A stretch of DNA of 64,000 nt from an uncultured Lachnospiraceae bacterium (GTDB lineage Bacteria > Bacillota > Clostridia > Lachnospirales > Lachnospiraceae): assembly GCA_945929965.1 (NCBI GenBank), contig CAMEOT010000003.1, forward strand, positions 6,670 through 70,669, given 5' to 3'. The translations under genes and the position numbers were made by a program. Each line of letters starts with the position of its first letter. Within the stretch, counting starts at the first letter, position 1. Below, one piece after another: positions 36,063 through 46,260 of this stretch. The notes beneath the pieces are model-generated. The model did no database searches and was not told the DNA's origin. It saw only the letters and a list, made by a program, of their open reading frames with translations.

Positions 36063-38717
36063 ATGAGACAATTCACTTCTGATGAACTGAGAAAAGCCTG
36101 GAAACAATTTTATATAGACCGTGGTCACGTAGATGTGGGAGCAGTATCCTTAGTATCCGACGGTTCCACCGGTGTTATGTTCAACGTAGCGGGTATGCAG
36201 CCTCTGATGCCCTATCTGCTGGGACAGAAGCACCCTCTGGGTACCAGACTCTGTAACGTACAGGGCTGTGTACGTACCAATGATATCGATTCCGTAGGCG
36301 ACAAGAGCCATGTAACCTTCTTCGAAATGATGGGAAGCTGGAGCCTTGGTGATTATTTTAAAAAGGAACGTTGTCAGTGGAGTTTTGAACTGCTGACCCA
36401 GGTGTTCGGATTTGATGCTGACCATCTGGCTGCCACTGTATTTGCCGGTGATGAGAATGCCCCCAGAGATGAGGAGGGCGCACAGTATCGTATCGCTTCC
36501 GGATTCAAGAAGGAGAACGTATATTATCTGCCCGCTGACGATAACTGGTGGGGACTGGAGTATGGTCCCTGCGGTCCCGACAGTGAGATGTTCTATATCG
36601 CTGACAGACCGGATTGCGGACCGAACTGCGGACCCGGCTGTGACTGTGGCAAATATACCGAGCTGGGCAATGATGTATTCATGCAGTACGAGAAGCATCA
36701 TGACGGTCATCTGACCCCCCTGAAGCAGAAAAACGTAGATACCGGTTGGGGACTGGAGCGTATCCTGGCATTCTTAAACGGTACCAGAGATGTATACCAG
36801 ACAGACCTGTTTGCCCCGGTGATTGCTTATATTGAAGAGGCTTCCGGTGTGAAATACAATGCAGATGAGAAGCTGACCAGATCCATGCGTATCCTGGCAG
36901 ACCATCTTCGTACCGGTGTTATGCTGATCGGTGATGAGGCGAAGCTGCTTCCCTCCAATACCGGTGCCGGTTATATCCTTCGTCGTCTGATCCGTCGTGC
37001 GGTAAGACACGGCCGTACTTTAAATATGACCACAGAGCAGCTGCTGCACATTGCTGCCATATATATCGATGAGATCTACGCAGAGAGCTATCCTCTGATG
37101 AAGAAGAACAGAGAGTTCATCCTGACTGAGTTACAGAAGGAGATCGCTCGTTTCGAGAGTACTCTGGAGAACGGTATGAAGGAGCTGCAGAAGATCCTGG
37201 AGCAGAAGAGAAGCGAAGGTAAAAAGGAGATCGACGGTAAATCTGCATTCTACTTATACGATACCTTTGGATTCCCTCTGGAGCTGACCGTAGAGCTGGC
37301 ACAGGAAGAAAATCTGACTGTGGATGAGGAAGGCTTCGCTACTGCCATGGAAGAGCAGAAGCAGAAGGCAAGAGAAGGACAGAATTTCTCCCAGAAGCTG
37401 ACTACCGCCGCAGGCGTATTCGATGGACTGGATGACAAGATTACCAGCGAATTTGTAGGTTATGATGCTCTGACCGCAGAGGGCCAAGTAGTGGGACTGG
37501 CTTCCGAGACCGAACTTGTGAAGTCTTTAAATGAGGGAAAGACCGGTACCCTGATCACCGATGTGACTCCGTTCTATGCTACCATGGGCGGACAGAAGGG
37601 TGATTTTGGTGTGATCCACACCGAAAACGGTACTTTTGAAGTGACTGAGACCGTGAAGATCGCAGGCGGACGCATCGGACATGTGGGTAAGGTTGTATCC
37701 GGAACAGTTACTGTGGGAGACAAGGCAGAGCTGGCAGTGGATACCGACAACAGAAAGAGCGTATGTAAGAACCATTCCGCAACCCATCTGTTACAGAAGG
37801 CATTGCAGATCGTACTGGGCGATCATGTAGAACAGCAGGGCTCCTACCAGGACGGCGCAAGAACCCGTTTCGACTTCAGCCACGGACAGGCTATGACTGC
37901 GGAAGAGCTCGCTAAGGTAGAGGCTCTGGTCAATGAGAAGATCGCAGAGGATATTGCAGTCGTTACCGATGTCATGAATATCGAAGATGCGAAGAAGAGC
38001 GGAGCTATGGCTCTGTTTGGTGAAAAATACGGTGAGACCGTCCGCGTGGTATCCATGGGAGATTTCTCCAGGGAACTGTGCGGTGGTACCCATGTAAAGC
38101 ACACCGGAGAGATCGGCTATTTCAAGATCCTGTCCGAGAGTGGTGTCGCAGCCGGCGTCAGAAGAATCGAAGCACTGACCGGTGCCAATGTGATGGCATA
38201 CTATCAGGCAATGGAAGAGAGCTTCAATAAGGCAGCCGCAGCAGCCAAGGCAACTCCTGCAGCCCTGATTGAGAAGATCCAGCATATGCAGGCAGATCTG
38301 AAGACTCTGACCGCAGAGAATGAATCCCTGAAGGCAAAGATGGCGCAGTCCGCACTGGGCGATGTACTCGATCAGGTGGTGGAAGTGAAGGGCACAAAAC
38401 TTTTAGCAACCAGTGTAGACGGTGTGGATATGAATGGCTTGAGAGACCTGGGCGACCAGCTCAAGGATAAGCTTGGCGAAGGCGTTGTCGTACTGCTGTC
38501 TGCACAGGACGGTAAGGTAAATATGATCGCTATGGCAACTGACGGTGCTGTAAAGGCCGGTGCTCATGCAGGCAACCTGATCAAGGGAATTGCCGCACTG
38601 GTAGGCGGTGGCGGCGGTGGACGCCCTAATATGGCGCAGGCCGGCGGTAAGAATCCCGCAGGCATTCCCGCAGCGATCGCGGAAGCGCCTAAAGTACTGG
38701 AGGGTCAGCTCGCATAA
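36063..38717 (+). CDS. alaS: Alanine--tRNA ligase
   Basis: 884 aa. Editing-domain motif HSATHLLQKAL, CGGTHV, and a C-terminal DHHA1 segment with GGGGGGRPNMAQAGG. Confidence 0.97.
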   Translation: MRQFTSDELRKAWKQFYIDRGHVDVGAVSLVSDGSTGVMFNVAGMQPLMPYLLGQKHPLGTRLCNVQGCVRTNDIDSVGDKSHVTFFEMMGSWSLGDYFKKERCQWSFELLTQVFGFDADHLAATVFAGDENAPRDEEGAQYRIASGFKKENVYYLPADDNWWGLEYGPCGPDSEMFYIADRPDCGPNCGPGCDCGKYTELGNDVFMQYEKHHDGHLTPLKQKNVDTGWGLERILAFLNGTRDVYQTDLFAPVIAYIEEASGVKYNADEKLTRSMRILADHLRTGVMLIGDEAKLLPSNTGAGYILRRLIRRAVRHGRTLNMTTEQLLHIAAIYIDEIYAESYPLMKKNREFILTELQKEIARFESTLENGMKELQKILEQKRSEGKKEIDGKSAFYLYDTFGFPLELTVELAQEENLTVDEEGFATAMEEQKQKAREGQNFSQKLTTAAGVFDGLDDKITSEFVGYDALTAEGQVVGLASETELVKSLNEGKTGTLITDVTPFYATMGGQKGDFGVIHTENGTFEVTETVKIAGGRIGHVGKVVSGTVTVGDKAELAVDTDNRKSVCKNHSATHLLQKALQIVLGDHVEQQGSYQDGARTRFDFSHGQAMTAEELAKVEALVNEKIAEDIAVVTDVMNIEDAKKSGAMALFGEKYGETVRVVSMGDFSRELCGGTHVKHTGEIGYFKILSESGVAAGVRRIEALTGANVMAYYQAMEESFNKAAAAAKATPAALIEKIQHMQADLKTLTAENESLKAKMAQSALGDVLDQVVEVKGTKLLATSVDGVDMNGLRDLGDQLKDKLGEGVVVLLSAQDGKVNMIAMATDGAVKAGAHAGNLIKGIAALVGGGGGGRPNMAQAGGKNPAGIPAAIAEAPKVLEGQLA

Positions 38718-40087
38718 TGGAACGAGAGAATCTGAAATCCCGTTTAGGTTTTATCCTGTTGTCTGCCGGCTGTGCCATTGGTATCGGCAATGTATGGAAG
38801 TTCCCGTACATGGCCGGCCAGGGCGGCGGTGGCGCATTTGTATTGTTTTATCTGATCTTCCTGGTGATTCTTGGTCTGCCTATTATGACCATGGAATTCG
38901 CTGTGGGGAGAGCAAGTAAGAAAAGTCCCGTAAAGGCTTACCATGCACTGGAGAAGCCAGGACAGAAGTGGCATATCCACGGATATTTTACACTGGCAGG
39001 CTGCTATCTGCTGATGATGTTCTACACTACGGTAGCTGGCTGGATGCTGCACTATTTTTATATGACGGCTACCGGCAGACTTTCCGGACTTTCCGCGGAT
39101 GCGGTGGCGGAACAGTTTACCTGTATGCTGGCAGATCCGGGGGTCATGATGTTCTGGATGGTACTGGTGGTGATCATCGGTATCGTTGTGTGTGCCGGTG
39201 GACTGCAGAACGGTCTGGAGCGTGTGACGAAAGTCATGATGATCGCATTGCTTGCCATTATGGTAGTACTTGCCATCAACAGCTTCTTCATGACGGGAGC
39301 AAAGGAAGGTCTGAGGTTCTATCTGGTACCTGATTTTGGACGTATGCAGGAAGTTGGTGTGGTAGCTACACTGGTAGGTGCCATGAACCAGGCATTCTTT
39401 ACCTTAAGCCTTGGCATTGGTGCCATGGCGATCTTCGGAAGCTACATCGGCAAGGAGCATTCTTTGATGGGAGAGTCCGTCAGAGTTGTGGTACTGGATA
39501 CTTTTGTGGCAATTACCGCAGGACTGATCATTTTCCCCGCCTGCTTTACTTACGGAGTGGATCAGACCTCAGGGCCAAGCCTGATCTTCATAACCCTGCC
39601 GAATATTTTTGCCAACATGCCTTACGGCCGCCTGTGGGGAAGCTTATTCTTCCTGTTTATGGCGTTCGCAGCATTGTCCACGGTGCTGGCTGTGTTCGAG
39701 AATATCATCTGTTGTGGCATGGAACTGACCGGCGCTAGCCGTAAGAAATCTTCCCTGGTGAACCTGTTCCTGATCATTGCATTGTCCGTACCCTGCGTAC
39801 TGGGCTACAATGTGTGGAGTTGGGACGGCTTCTCCGTCTTCGGCGGAGCGGTTCTGGATTTTGAAGATTTCCTGGTAAGCAATCTGTTCCTGCCCTTAGG
39901 ATCCCTGGTATACCTGCTGTTCTGTGTAACCAGATACGGCTGGGGCTGGGAAAATTACAAAAAAGAAGTAAATACCGGAGAGGGTTTAAAAGTCCACGAC
40001 TGGATGCGGGGATATGTGACCTATGGACTGCCCCTGATTGTGATCTTCATTTTCCTGTTCGGAATTTATGATAAGTTTTTTAAATAG
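38717..40087 (+). CDS. Sodium-dependent transporter, neurotransmitter:sodium symporter (NSS/SNF) family
   Basis: Hallmark motif CAIGIGNVWKFPYMAGQGGGGAFV. About 11-12 TM helices. Its ATG shares one nucleotide with the alaS TAA (TAATG). Confidence 0.9.
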   Translation: MERENLKSRLGFILLSAGCAIGIGNVWKFPYMAGQGGGGAFVLFYLIFLVILGLPIMTMEFAVGRASKKSPVKAYHALEKPGQKWHIHGYFTLAGCYLLMMFYTTVAGWMLHYFYMTATGRLSGLSADAVAEQFTCMLADPGVMMFWMVLVVIIGIVVCAGGLQNGLERVTKVMMIALLAIMVVLAINSFFMTGAKEGLRFYLVPDFGRMQEVGVVATLVGAMNQAFFTLSLGIGAMAIFGSYIGKEHSLMGESVRVVVLDTFVAITAGLIIFPACFTYGVDQTSGPSLIFITLPNIFANMPYGRLWGSLFFLFMAFAALSTVLAVFENIICCGMELTGASRKKSSLVNLFLIIALSVPCVLGYNVWSWDGFSVFGGAVLDFEDFLVSNLFLPLGSLVYLLFCVTRYGWGWENYKKEVNTGEGLKVHDWMRGYVTYGLPLIVIFIFLFGIYDKFFK

Positions 40088-40153
40088 TGTATACTCTGCG
40101 GTTCTTATTCTTGTGCGAGCTACGGAGAATATAATAAAAATTGAAAAAAGTAG

Positions 40154-40181
40154 TTGACGAATACATTTTTTATGTTATAAT
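40154..40181 (+). promoter_or_regulatory. Extended -10 sigma-A promoter for rpsU
   Basis: TTGACG (40154-40159), a 16-nt spacer containing TGT, then TATAAT (40176-40181). Confidence 0.55.
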
Positions 40182-40266
40182 ATCAAATGTGTGTAGAACA
40201 ACTGCGCATTAGAATAACCCAGTCAGTCATGTTACTTGAAGGGACTGAAGGGAGGTCGGGTGTAAG

Positions 40267-40443
40267 ATGTCAAACGTAATCGTAAAAGAGAACGAGACTT
40301 TAGATAGCGCTTTACGTCGTTTCAAGAGAAGCTGCGCTAAGGCTGGTATCCAGCAGGAGATTCGTAAGAGAGAGCATTACGAGAAGCCTAGCGTAAAACG
40401 TAAGAAGAAGTCTGAAGCAGCAAGAAAACGTAAATATAACTAA
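40267..40443 (+). CDS. rpsU: 30S ribosomal protein S21
   Basis: 58 aa: [58 protein letters not shown]. It is below the ORF-track length cutoff. SD GGGAGG is upstream. Confidence 0.92.
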   Translation: MSNVIVKENETLDSALRRFKRSCAKAGIQQEIRKREHYEKPSVKRKKKSEAARKRKYN

Positions 40444-40453
40444 TGTAAAACAA

Positions 40454-40484
40454 AAGTCCTCGGCGTTATCACCGGGGACTTTGT
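40454..40484 (+). terminator. Putative terminator after rpsU
   Basis: A 10-bp stem, AAGTCCTCGG pairing with CCGGGGACTT (one G-T pair), followed by a weak TTTGT tract. Confidence 0.5.
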
Positions 40485-40502
40485 ACTTATGAGGAAAATC
40501 AA

Positions 40503-41093
40503 ATGTGGAGTTATGAAATACTGGGAACAGATATCTATCATCTGTTAGCGGCATTTGTATTATACAGTATTCTCGGATGGGCACTGGAGTCTACGTATAT
40601 GTCATTCTGTAATCGGAAGCTCACCAACCGTGGATTCGGCAAAGGACCGTTCTGCCCCATCTATGGATTTGGCGGAGTGTTGGGCTATCTGATCTTAAGC
40701 CCTTTTCGCGGAAAGCTTTTAAAACTGTATATTTGCGGAGCAATCCTGGCTACGACCTTTGAGTATTTCGTAGGAGTCGGCATGATCCGCATCTTAGGAG
40801 AGCTCTGGTGGGATTATAACAACAAACCTTTCAATTATCGAGGCATTATTTGTCTGGAGAGTACCATTGCCTGGGGCTTTTATGCCATCGGTATCGTACA
40901 GTATGTTCACGATGCCATGTACCATATCATTGACAGCGTACAGATCCAGGTGGGTACCAGAATAATTCAGGCAGTACTGACCATTGTAGCCATAGATTAT
41001 ACAGTACAGTTACTCAAAGTATTTCACGTAGATGTGCGCAGCAAGGGACGGGAACTGAAGGAACACTGTCAGGCGCTGATCGCCAGATGGTAA
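40503..41093 (+). CDS. Small polytopic membrane protein (DUF1113 / putative ABC-transporter type IV-like)
   Basis: 196 aa with 5-6 TM helices. Motif LGWALESTYMSF...GPFCPIYGFGG recalls that family. This is from memory and was not checked. Confidence 0.6.
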   Translation: MWSYEILGTDIYHLLAAFVLYSILGWALESTYMSFCNRKLTNRGFGKGPFCPIYGFGGVLGYLILSPFRGKLLKLYICGAILATTFEYFVGVGMIRILGELWWDYNNKPFNYRGIICLESTIAWGFYAIGIVQYVHDAMYHIIDSVQIQVGTRIIQAVLTIVAIDYTVQLLKVFHVDVRSKGRELKEHCQALIARW

Positions 41094-41184
41094 GATAGTC
41101 AGGTGTCAAACGTAAGATTCGCAGGTATATACAGAGCCACACGACCATATCTTTTAGAAAAGGATAAGGGAGTGTGGCTTTTTT

Positions 41185-42363
41185 ATGCAAAAAATCAGGA
41201 AATACATTTGTAGTTGGATCCTGCTTCTTAGCGTCAGCATGCAGGTATTCTGGTGGAACGGCATCAGCGTATCTGCGGAACCGGCAACAATCGAGGCTCC
41301 CAGTGCGGTACTTTTGGAGAGCTCCACCGGGAAAGTAATTTTTGAGCAGAATGCAAGAGAACGCCGAAGCCCTGCCAGTATTACCAAGATCATGACATTG
41401 CTTTTGACTTTTGAAGCGCTGGATCAGGGGAAAATCAAATTGGAAGATCCGGTAACGGTCAGCGCCTATGCCAGTTCCATGGGAGGATCCCAGGTGTTTC
41501 TGGCGGAGAATGAGGTGCAGACCTTAGAGACCATGATCAAGTGTATCGCCGTGGCTTCGGGCAACGATGCCAGTGTGGCGGTGGCAGAATACATAGCGGG
41601 AAGTGAGGATGCTTTCGTGGAACAGATGAATGCGAAGGCGGCGGAGCTTGGCATGACGGATACCCATTTCGAGGACTGCTGCGGTCTGACGGATTCCGAC
41701 GGTCATTATACGACAGCTATGGATGTGGCAATCATGTCCAGGGAGCTTACAGTAAAATATCCGAAAATATTTGAATATACAGGAATCTGGATGGAGGACA
41801 TCACCCATGAGACCAGGCAGGGGAGTTCCACGTTTACCCTAAACAGTACCAACAAGCTGTTAAAACAGTACCAGTGGGCAACAGGACTGAAGACCGGATC
41901 CACCTCGAAAGCAAAATTCTGTCTGTCCGCCACGGCAACGAAGGATGGCATTGATCTGATCGCGGTAATTATGGGAGCGCCGGACTATAAGGCCCGTTTT
42001 AAGGATGCCCAGACACTGTTAAGCTATGGCTTCAATATCAGCGATCTGTATCTGGATGAGAATACAGACCCTTTACAGGATCTGCGTGTGCAGGGTGGTG
42101 TAGAGGATACGGTACCTGTGAAATACCAAAGTGAGTTCCGATATCTGGATACGGAGGGAAATTCCCTGGACGGCGTGGAGAAAAAGATTGAACTGCCAGA
42201 GACTGCGGTGGCACCGTTTGCCGGAGGAGATACGGCGGGCAGGGCGGTCTATCTGCTAAACGGTGTGGAGATCGGCAGTGTGCCGATTTTGTATGAAAAT
42301 ACAGTAGCAAAGGCGGTTTATAAGGATTACCTGCGAAAAATAATGGAATTTTATCTTTTGTAA
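41185..42363 (+). CDS. D-alanyl-D-alanine carboxypeptidase (class A low-MW PBP)
   Basis: A signal peptide, then SxxK (SITKIMT), SxN (SGND) and KTG (KTGST) motifs. Confidence 0.87.
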   Translation: MQKIRKYICSWILLLSVSMQVFWWNGISVSAEPATIEAPSAVLLESSTGKVIFEQNARERRSPASITKIMTLLLTFEALDQGKIKLEDPVTVSAYASSMGGSQVFLAENEVQTLETMIKCIAVASGNDASVAVAEYIAGSEDAFVEQMNAKAAELGMTDTHFEDCCGLTDSDGHYTTAMDVAIMSRELTVKYPKIFEYTGIWMEDITHETRQGSSTFTLNSTNKLLKQYQWATGLKTGSTSKAKFCLSATATKDGIDLIAVIMGAPDYKARFKDAQTLLSYGFNISDLYLDENTDPLQDLRVQGGVEDTVPVKYQSEFRYLDTEGNSLDGVEKKIELPETAVAPFAGGDTAGRAVYLLNGVEIGSVPILYENTVAKAVYKDYLRKIMEFYLL

Positions 42364-42418
42364 GATAGAGAAATATGTTATACTATAGAACAAATTGGCA
42401 ATAATCTGGCAACATACC

Positions 42419-43297
42419 ATGGGGGCAAAAAAGTTGGATGTAGTGATTACCGTGATCGCAGTAATCCTTGTGATAATGCTGTGGATAATGCTGTACGACA
42501 GTAATCGTTTTGTGGTGCGGCATTATTCCCTGCGGGATCAGAGAATCAAAAAGCCTGTGAAGGCGGTGGTTCTGGCGGATCTGCACAATAAGAGATACGG
42601 AAAAGAGAATGAACGTCTGCTGCAGGCAATCGATGAGATCGGACCGGACATGGTCCTGATCGCCGGGGATCTGCTGACGGCGAAGCCAAAGGCAACACTG
42701 GACGTGGCGGTGGGATTCCTTACGGAGCTTGCGAAGAAGTATCCTGTCTATTACGGTAACGGCAATCATGAACACCGCCTGAAGCTATATCCCGAAAATT
42801 ATGGGGATATGGCGGGACGGTATGAAGAGGCTCTTACGAAGATCGGTATTCACAGGCTTGTCAATGAGCACCAGCTTCTTCCGGAATACGGGATCTGCAT
42901 CTATGGTTCTGAGATAGACAAGCTGTACTACAAGCGTTTTGGGATACAGCCCATGAATCCGGAATATCTGCCGGGGCTTTTAGGACAGCCCTCCGAAGCA
43001 TATTTCAATATATTGATCGCGCACGACCCGGATTATTTTCCGAAATACGCAGACTGGGGTGCAGACCTGGTGGTATCCGGGCATGTCCACGGCGGCATGG
43101 TGAGAGTTCCTTTTTGGGGCAAAGGTGTGGTGTCTCCCAATATCAGACTTTTTCCAAAATATGATGGCGGAGAGTTTACAATAGGGAAGAGCAGAATGCT
43201 CTTAAGCAGAGGACTGGGAATGCACACGATCCCGATCCGGCTGTTCAATCCGGGCGAGATCTTAGAAGTGGAGCTTATGCCTGACGAGGGGAAATAG
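42419..43297 (+). CDS. Membrane-anchored metallophosphoesterase (YkuE-like)
   Basis: N-terminal TM helix. Motifs LADLHN, AGDLL, GNGNHE and SGHVHGG. ATG 42419 is preferred to the track's TTG 42395. Confidence 0.8.
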   Translation: MGAKKLDVVITVIAVILVIMLWIMLYDSNRFVVRHYSLRDQRIKKPVKAVVLADLHNKRYGKENERLLQAIDEIGPDMVLIAGDLLTAKPKATLDVAVGFLTELAKKYPVYYGNGNHEHRLKLYPENYGDMAGRYEEALTKIGIHRLVNEHQLLPEYGICIYGSEIDKLYYKRFGIQPMNPEYLPGLLGQPSEAYFNILIAHDPDYFPKYADWGADLVVSGHVHGGMVRVPFWGKGVVSPNIRLFPKYDGGEFTIGKSRMLLSRGLGMHTIPIRLFNPGEILEVELMPDEGK

Positions 43298-43309
43298 GAG
43301 TTTTATCAC

Positions 43310-44053
43310 ATGGCAATATCTGTAAAACTGGAAGCGTTTGAAGGTCCACTGGATCTATTGCTTCATTTGATCGAGAAAAATAAAATAGACATCTATGATA
43401 TTCCTATCGTAGAGATCACGGCACAGTATCTGGATTACATTAAACAGATGCAGCGGGAAGATATGAATGTCATGAGCGAATTCCTGGTAATGGCGGCGAC
43501 ACTGATCGACATTAAGTGCAAGATGCTGCTGCCCAAGGAAGTCAACGAAGACGGCGAGGAAGAAGATCCCAGAGCGGAACTGGTCCAGAAACTGCTGGAA
43601 TACAAGATGTACAAATACATGTCCTTTGAACTCAGAGACCGTCAGGTGGATGCGGCGAGAAATATGTACAGAGAGCAGAGACTTCCGAAGGAAGTGGAAG
43701 CCTACAGACAGCCCATTGATTACGAAGAACTCATCGGTGATATGAATCTGAACAAGCTTCATGAGATTTTCAAATCCATCGTGAAGAAGCAGGAGGATAA
43801 GATCGATCCCGTCCGCAGCCAGTACGGCAATATTGAGAAGGATGAGGTGGACATGGACATCAAGATGCTGTACGTGGAGGCGTATGCCAGAGAGCATAAG
43901 ACCTTCAGCTTCCGGAAGCTTTTGGAGAAGCAGAACAGCAAAATGGAAGTCATCGTTACTTTTCTGATCATTCTGGAATTGATGAAGACCGGCAAGATCA
44001 ATATCAGCCAGGAAAACATATTCGATGATATTATGATTACATCTAACGTTTAG
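43310..44053 (+). CDS. scpA: Segregation and condensation protein A
   Basis: N-terminus FEGPLDLLLHLIEKNKIDIYDIPIVEIT is typical of ScpA. It is followed by scpB. Confidence 0.92.
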   Translation: MAISVKLEAFEGPLDLLLHLIEKNKIDIYDIPIVEITAQYLDYIKQMQREDMNVMSEFLVMAATLIDIKCKMLLPKEVNEDGEEEDPRAELVQKLLEYKMYKYMSFELRDRQVDAARNMYREQRLPKEVEAYRQPIDYEELIGDMNLNKLHEIFKSIVKKQEDKIDPVRSQYGNIEKDEVDMDIKMLYVEAYAREHKTFSFRKLLEKQNSKMEVIVTFLIILELMKTGKINISQENIFDDIMITSNV

Positions 44054-44072
44054 GATACAGTGAGGGTTTAGC

Positions 44073-44642
44073 ATGGAACGCAGTAAAGCAGAAGCAGTGA
44101 TAGAGGCAATCCTTTTTACCATGGGAGATTCCGTGGAGATCAGCAGACTTGCGGAAGTGATCGAAGAGGATGTGAAGACGACAAAATCTATATTAAAAGA
44201 TATGGCGGCACGGTACGAGGAAGAGAACAGAGGGATCGGTCTGACACAGTTTGACAATTCCGTACAGCTGTGTACCAAGGCGGATATGTACGAATATCTG
44301 ATCAAGATTGCCAAGACTCCCCGGAAAATGACTCTGACGGATACCGTACTGGAGACATTGTCCATTATCGCTTACAAGCAGCCCGTAACGAGACTGGAGA
44401 TCGAAAGGGTCAGGGGCGTCAGCTGTGACCATGCCATTAACAAACTGCTGGAATACGATCTGATCACGGAACTGGGACGTCTGGATGCGCCCGGAAGACC
44501 CTTATTGTTTGGCACCACGGAACAGTTCTTACGCTGTTTTGGAGTGAAGAGTCTGGAAGAACTGCCGGAACTGAACCCGGTGCAGGTGGAGGAATTCAAA
44601 CAGCAGGCGGAACAGGAAGTACAGCTTACTTTGAATATATAA
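44073..44642 (+). CDS. scpB: Segregation and condensation protein B
   Basis: Motifs EAILFTMGDSV and LETLSIIAYKQPVTRLEIERVRGV, with the ScpB winged-helix pattern. Confidence 0.92.
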   Translation: MERSKAEAVIEAILFTMGDSVEISRLAEVIEEDVKTTKSILKDMAARYEEENRGIGLTQFDNSVQLCTKADMYEYLIKIAKTPRKMTLTDTVLETLSIIAYKQPVTRLEIERVRGVSCDHAINKLLEYDLITELGRLDAPGRPLLFGTTEQFLRCFGVKSLEELPELNPVQVEEFKQQAEQEVQLTLNI

Positions 44643-44710
44643 ACATATCATTGAATAGGACAAAGAATCAGCCTCATAGTAATAAGTAACCCTTTTTGGG
44701 AGCAACGATT

Positions 44711-46078
44711 ATGCGAGGCTTTTTTTGTGCCCTTTTTGCGGGAATTCTGTGCCTGGAAAGTCTGTGGGGCTTACGATCCGGTGAAGATATTATAAAAGAT
44801 TACGAACAGGCATCCGGGATTCTGTATGAGACCGAAGAATCTGATCTGCCGCAGGAGCTTATACTGTATGCGCAGGGAGCGGTACTTCTGGATGCGGATT
44901 CCGGACGCGTGCTGTATGGGAAAAACGAAACTGTTCCCATGGCAATGGCAAGTACCACCAAGATCATGACCTGCATTCTGGTACTGGAAAACGCAAAGGT
45001 GGATGAAACCGTCAGCGTCTCTGCCTATGCAGCCACCATGCCCAAGGTGAAGCTCTATGTGAAATGCGGAGAAGACTATACCGTGAGAGAATTATTGTTT
45101 TCTCTGATGCTAGAAAGTCATAACGACGCTGCCGCAGTGCTGGGAGAATACATCGGCGGGAAGCTGTTGGGGGAGACAGGGGAAATCTCAGAGCATACCA
45201 CCGAAGAGAGCAGGGCGGCATTACACAGATTTGCGCAGGCAATGAATGAAAAGGCGGAAGAGATCGGCTGCGAGGATACCTGGTTCATCACGCCAAACGG
45301 GCTGGATGCCACAGAGACGCTGACACTGCCGGACGGAAGTATATTAGAGAAGGAACACCATACCACAGCAAAGGATCTGGCGGAGATCCTCAGGTACTGC
45401 ATTAAAGATTCTCCACAGAGGGATCTGTTTTTAGAAATCACACAGACGCAGGATTATAGTTTTACGGAGAACGGACGCTCCTTTCAGTGCCATAATCACA
45501 ACGCTTTTTTGCAGATGATGGATGGAGCATTCACCGGCAAGACCGGATTTACGAACAAGGCGGGATATTGCTATGTGGGAGCGTTGAAACGGGACGGAAA
45601 ATGCATGATCGTGGCGCTGCTTGCCTGCGGATGGCCGAACCATAAGACCTATAAATGGAGCGACAGCAGGGAATTGTTTACCTATGGATTGGAGAACTAT
45701 AGGTATCGAAACTTTGAAGAAGAACCGTTTTCGGGCAGAGAACAGCTGCTTGTGCCGATTCCGGTGCTTTGGGCAAAGAATGATGCACTGACAGAGAAGG
45801 TTCTGCTGCCTGTGGAACCGGATCCGGAGGCGGAAGGCATGGAGGGACTCTTAATGCGTCCTGACGAGAATGTGGAGATCCTCTACCGTAAGGAACAGTA
45901 TCTTACGGCACCCGTGGAGGCAGGTGAGTACGTGGGAGAGATCAGCTATCTGGTAGACGGCAGGGTATGGCACAGAGAGCGCCTGATCGCAGCAAAGGAT
46001 GTGGAAGCCATAGACCTCATATGGTGTGGCAGGCAGATACTCCTACGCTTTCTGGTGAAAACCCCTATGAAAAAATGA
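44711..46078 (+). CDS. dacB: D-alanyl-D-alanine carboxypeptidase, DacB-like
   Basis: Motifs STTKIMT, SHND and KTGFT. Its position downstream of scpAB matches Bacillus scpA-scpB-(ypuI)-dacB synteny. ATG 44711 is preferred to TTG 44696. Confidence 0.8.
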   Translation: MRGFFCALFAGILCLESLWGLRSGEDIIKDYEQASGILYETEESDLPQELILYAQGAVLLDADSGRVLYGKNETVPMAMASTTKIMTCILVLENAKVDETVSVSAYAATMPKVKLYVKCGEDYTVRELLFSLMLESHNDAAAVLGEYIGGKLLGETGEISEHTTEESRAALHRFAQAMNEKAEEIGCEDTWFITPNGLDATETLTLPDGSILEKEHHTTAKDLAEILRYCIKDSPQRDLFLEITQTQDYSFTENGRSFQCHNHNAFLQMMDGAFTGKTGFTNKAGYCYVGALKRDGKCMIVALLACGWPNHKTYKWSDSRELFTYGLENYRYRNFEEEPFSGREQLLVPIPVLWAKNDALTEKVLLPVEPDPEAEGMEGLLMRPDENVEILYRKEQYLTAPVEAGEYVGEISYLVDGRVWHRERLIAAKDVEAIDLIWCGRQILLRFLVKTPMKK

Positions 46079-46122
46079 CGGGGAAATTGTTCAAAATAAG
46101 GAACAATGTATATTTTTTGTAA

Positions 46123-46158
46123 AAATCTGCAATTCGTTCTTTGCGAGTTGCAGATTTT
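46123..46158 (+). terminator. Putative terminator after dacB
   Basis: AAATCTGCAA (46123-46132) pairs perfectly with TTGCAGATTT (46148-46157). The U-tract is short. Confidence 0.55.
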
Positions 46159-46260
46159 ATGTTATACTAACGACTGTTAATCATGGGGGCATTTGTGCTT
46201 CTATATTAATAGAGTTTTCTATATTTATTTTATTATATTATCAACGGAGGGCTGAAACAT

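Noticed and set aside
41100-41125. 11-nt identity (GTCAAACGTAA) with the start of rpsU at 40268-40278, suggesting a duplicated gene fragment
   Set aside because: Similarity does not extend beyond 11 nt. Hundreds of such chance matches are expected among all position pairs in 64 kb.
43355-44365. 336-aa minus-strand ORF across scpA/scpB
   Set aside because: It is antisense to the conserved scpA-scpB pair and I recognise no motifs. Treated as a shadow ORF.
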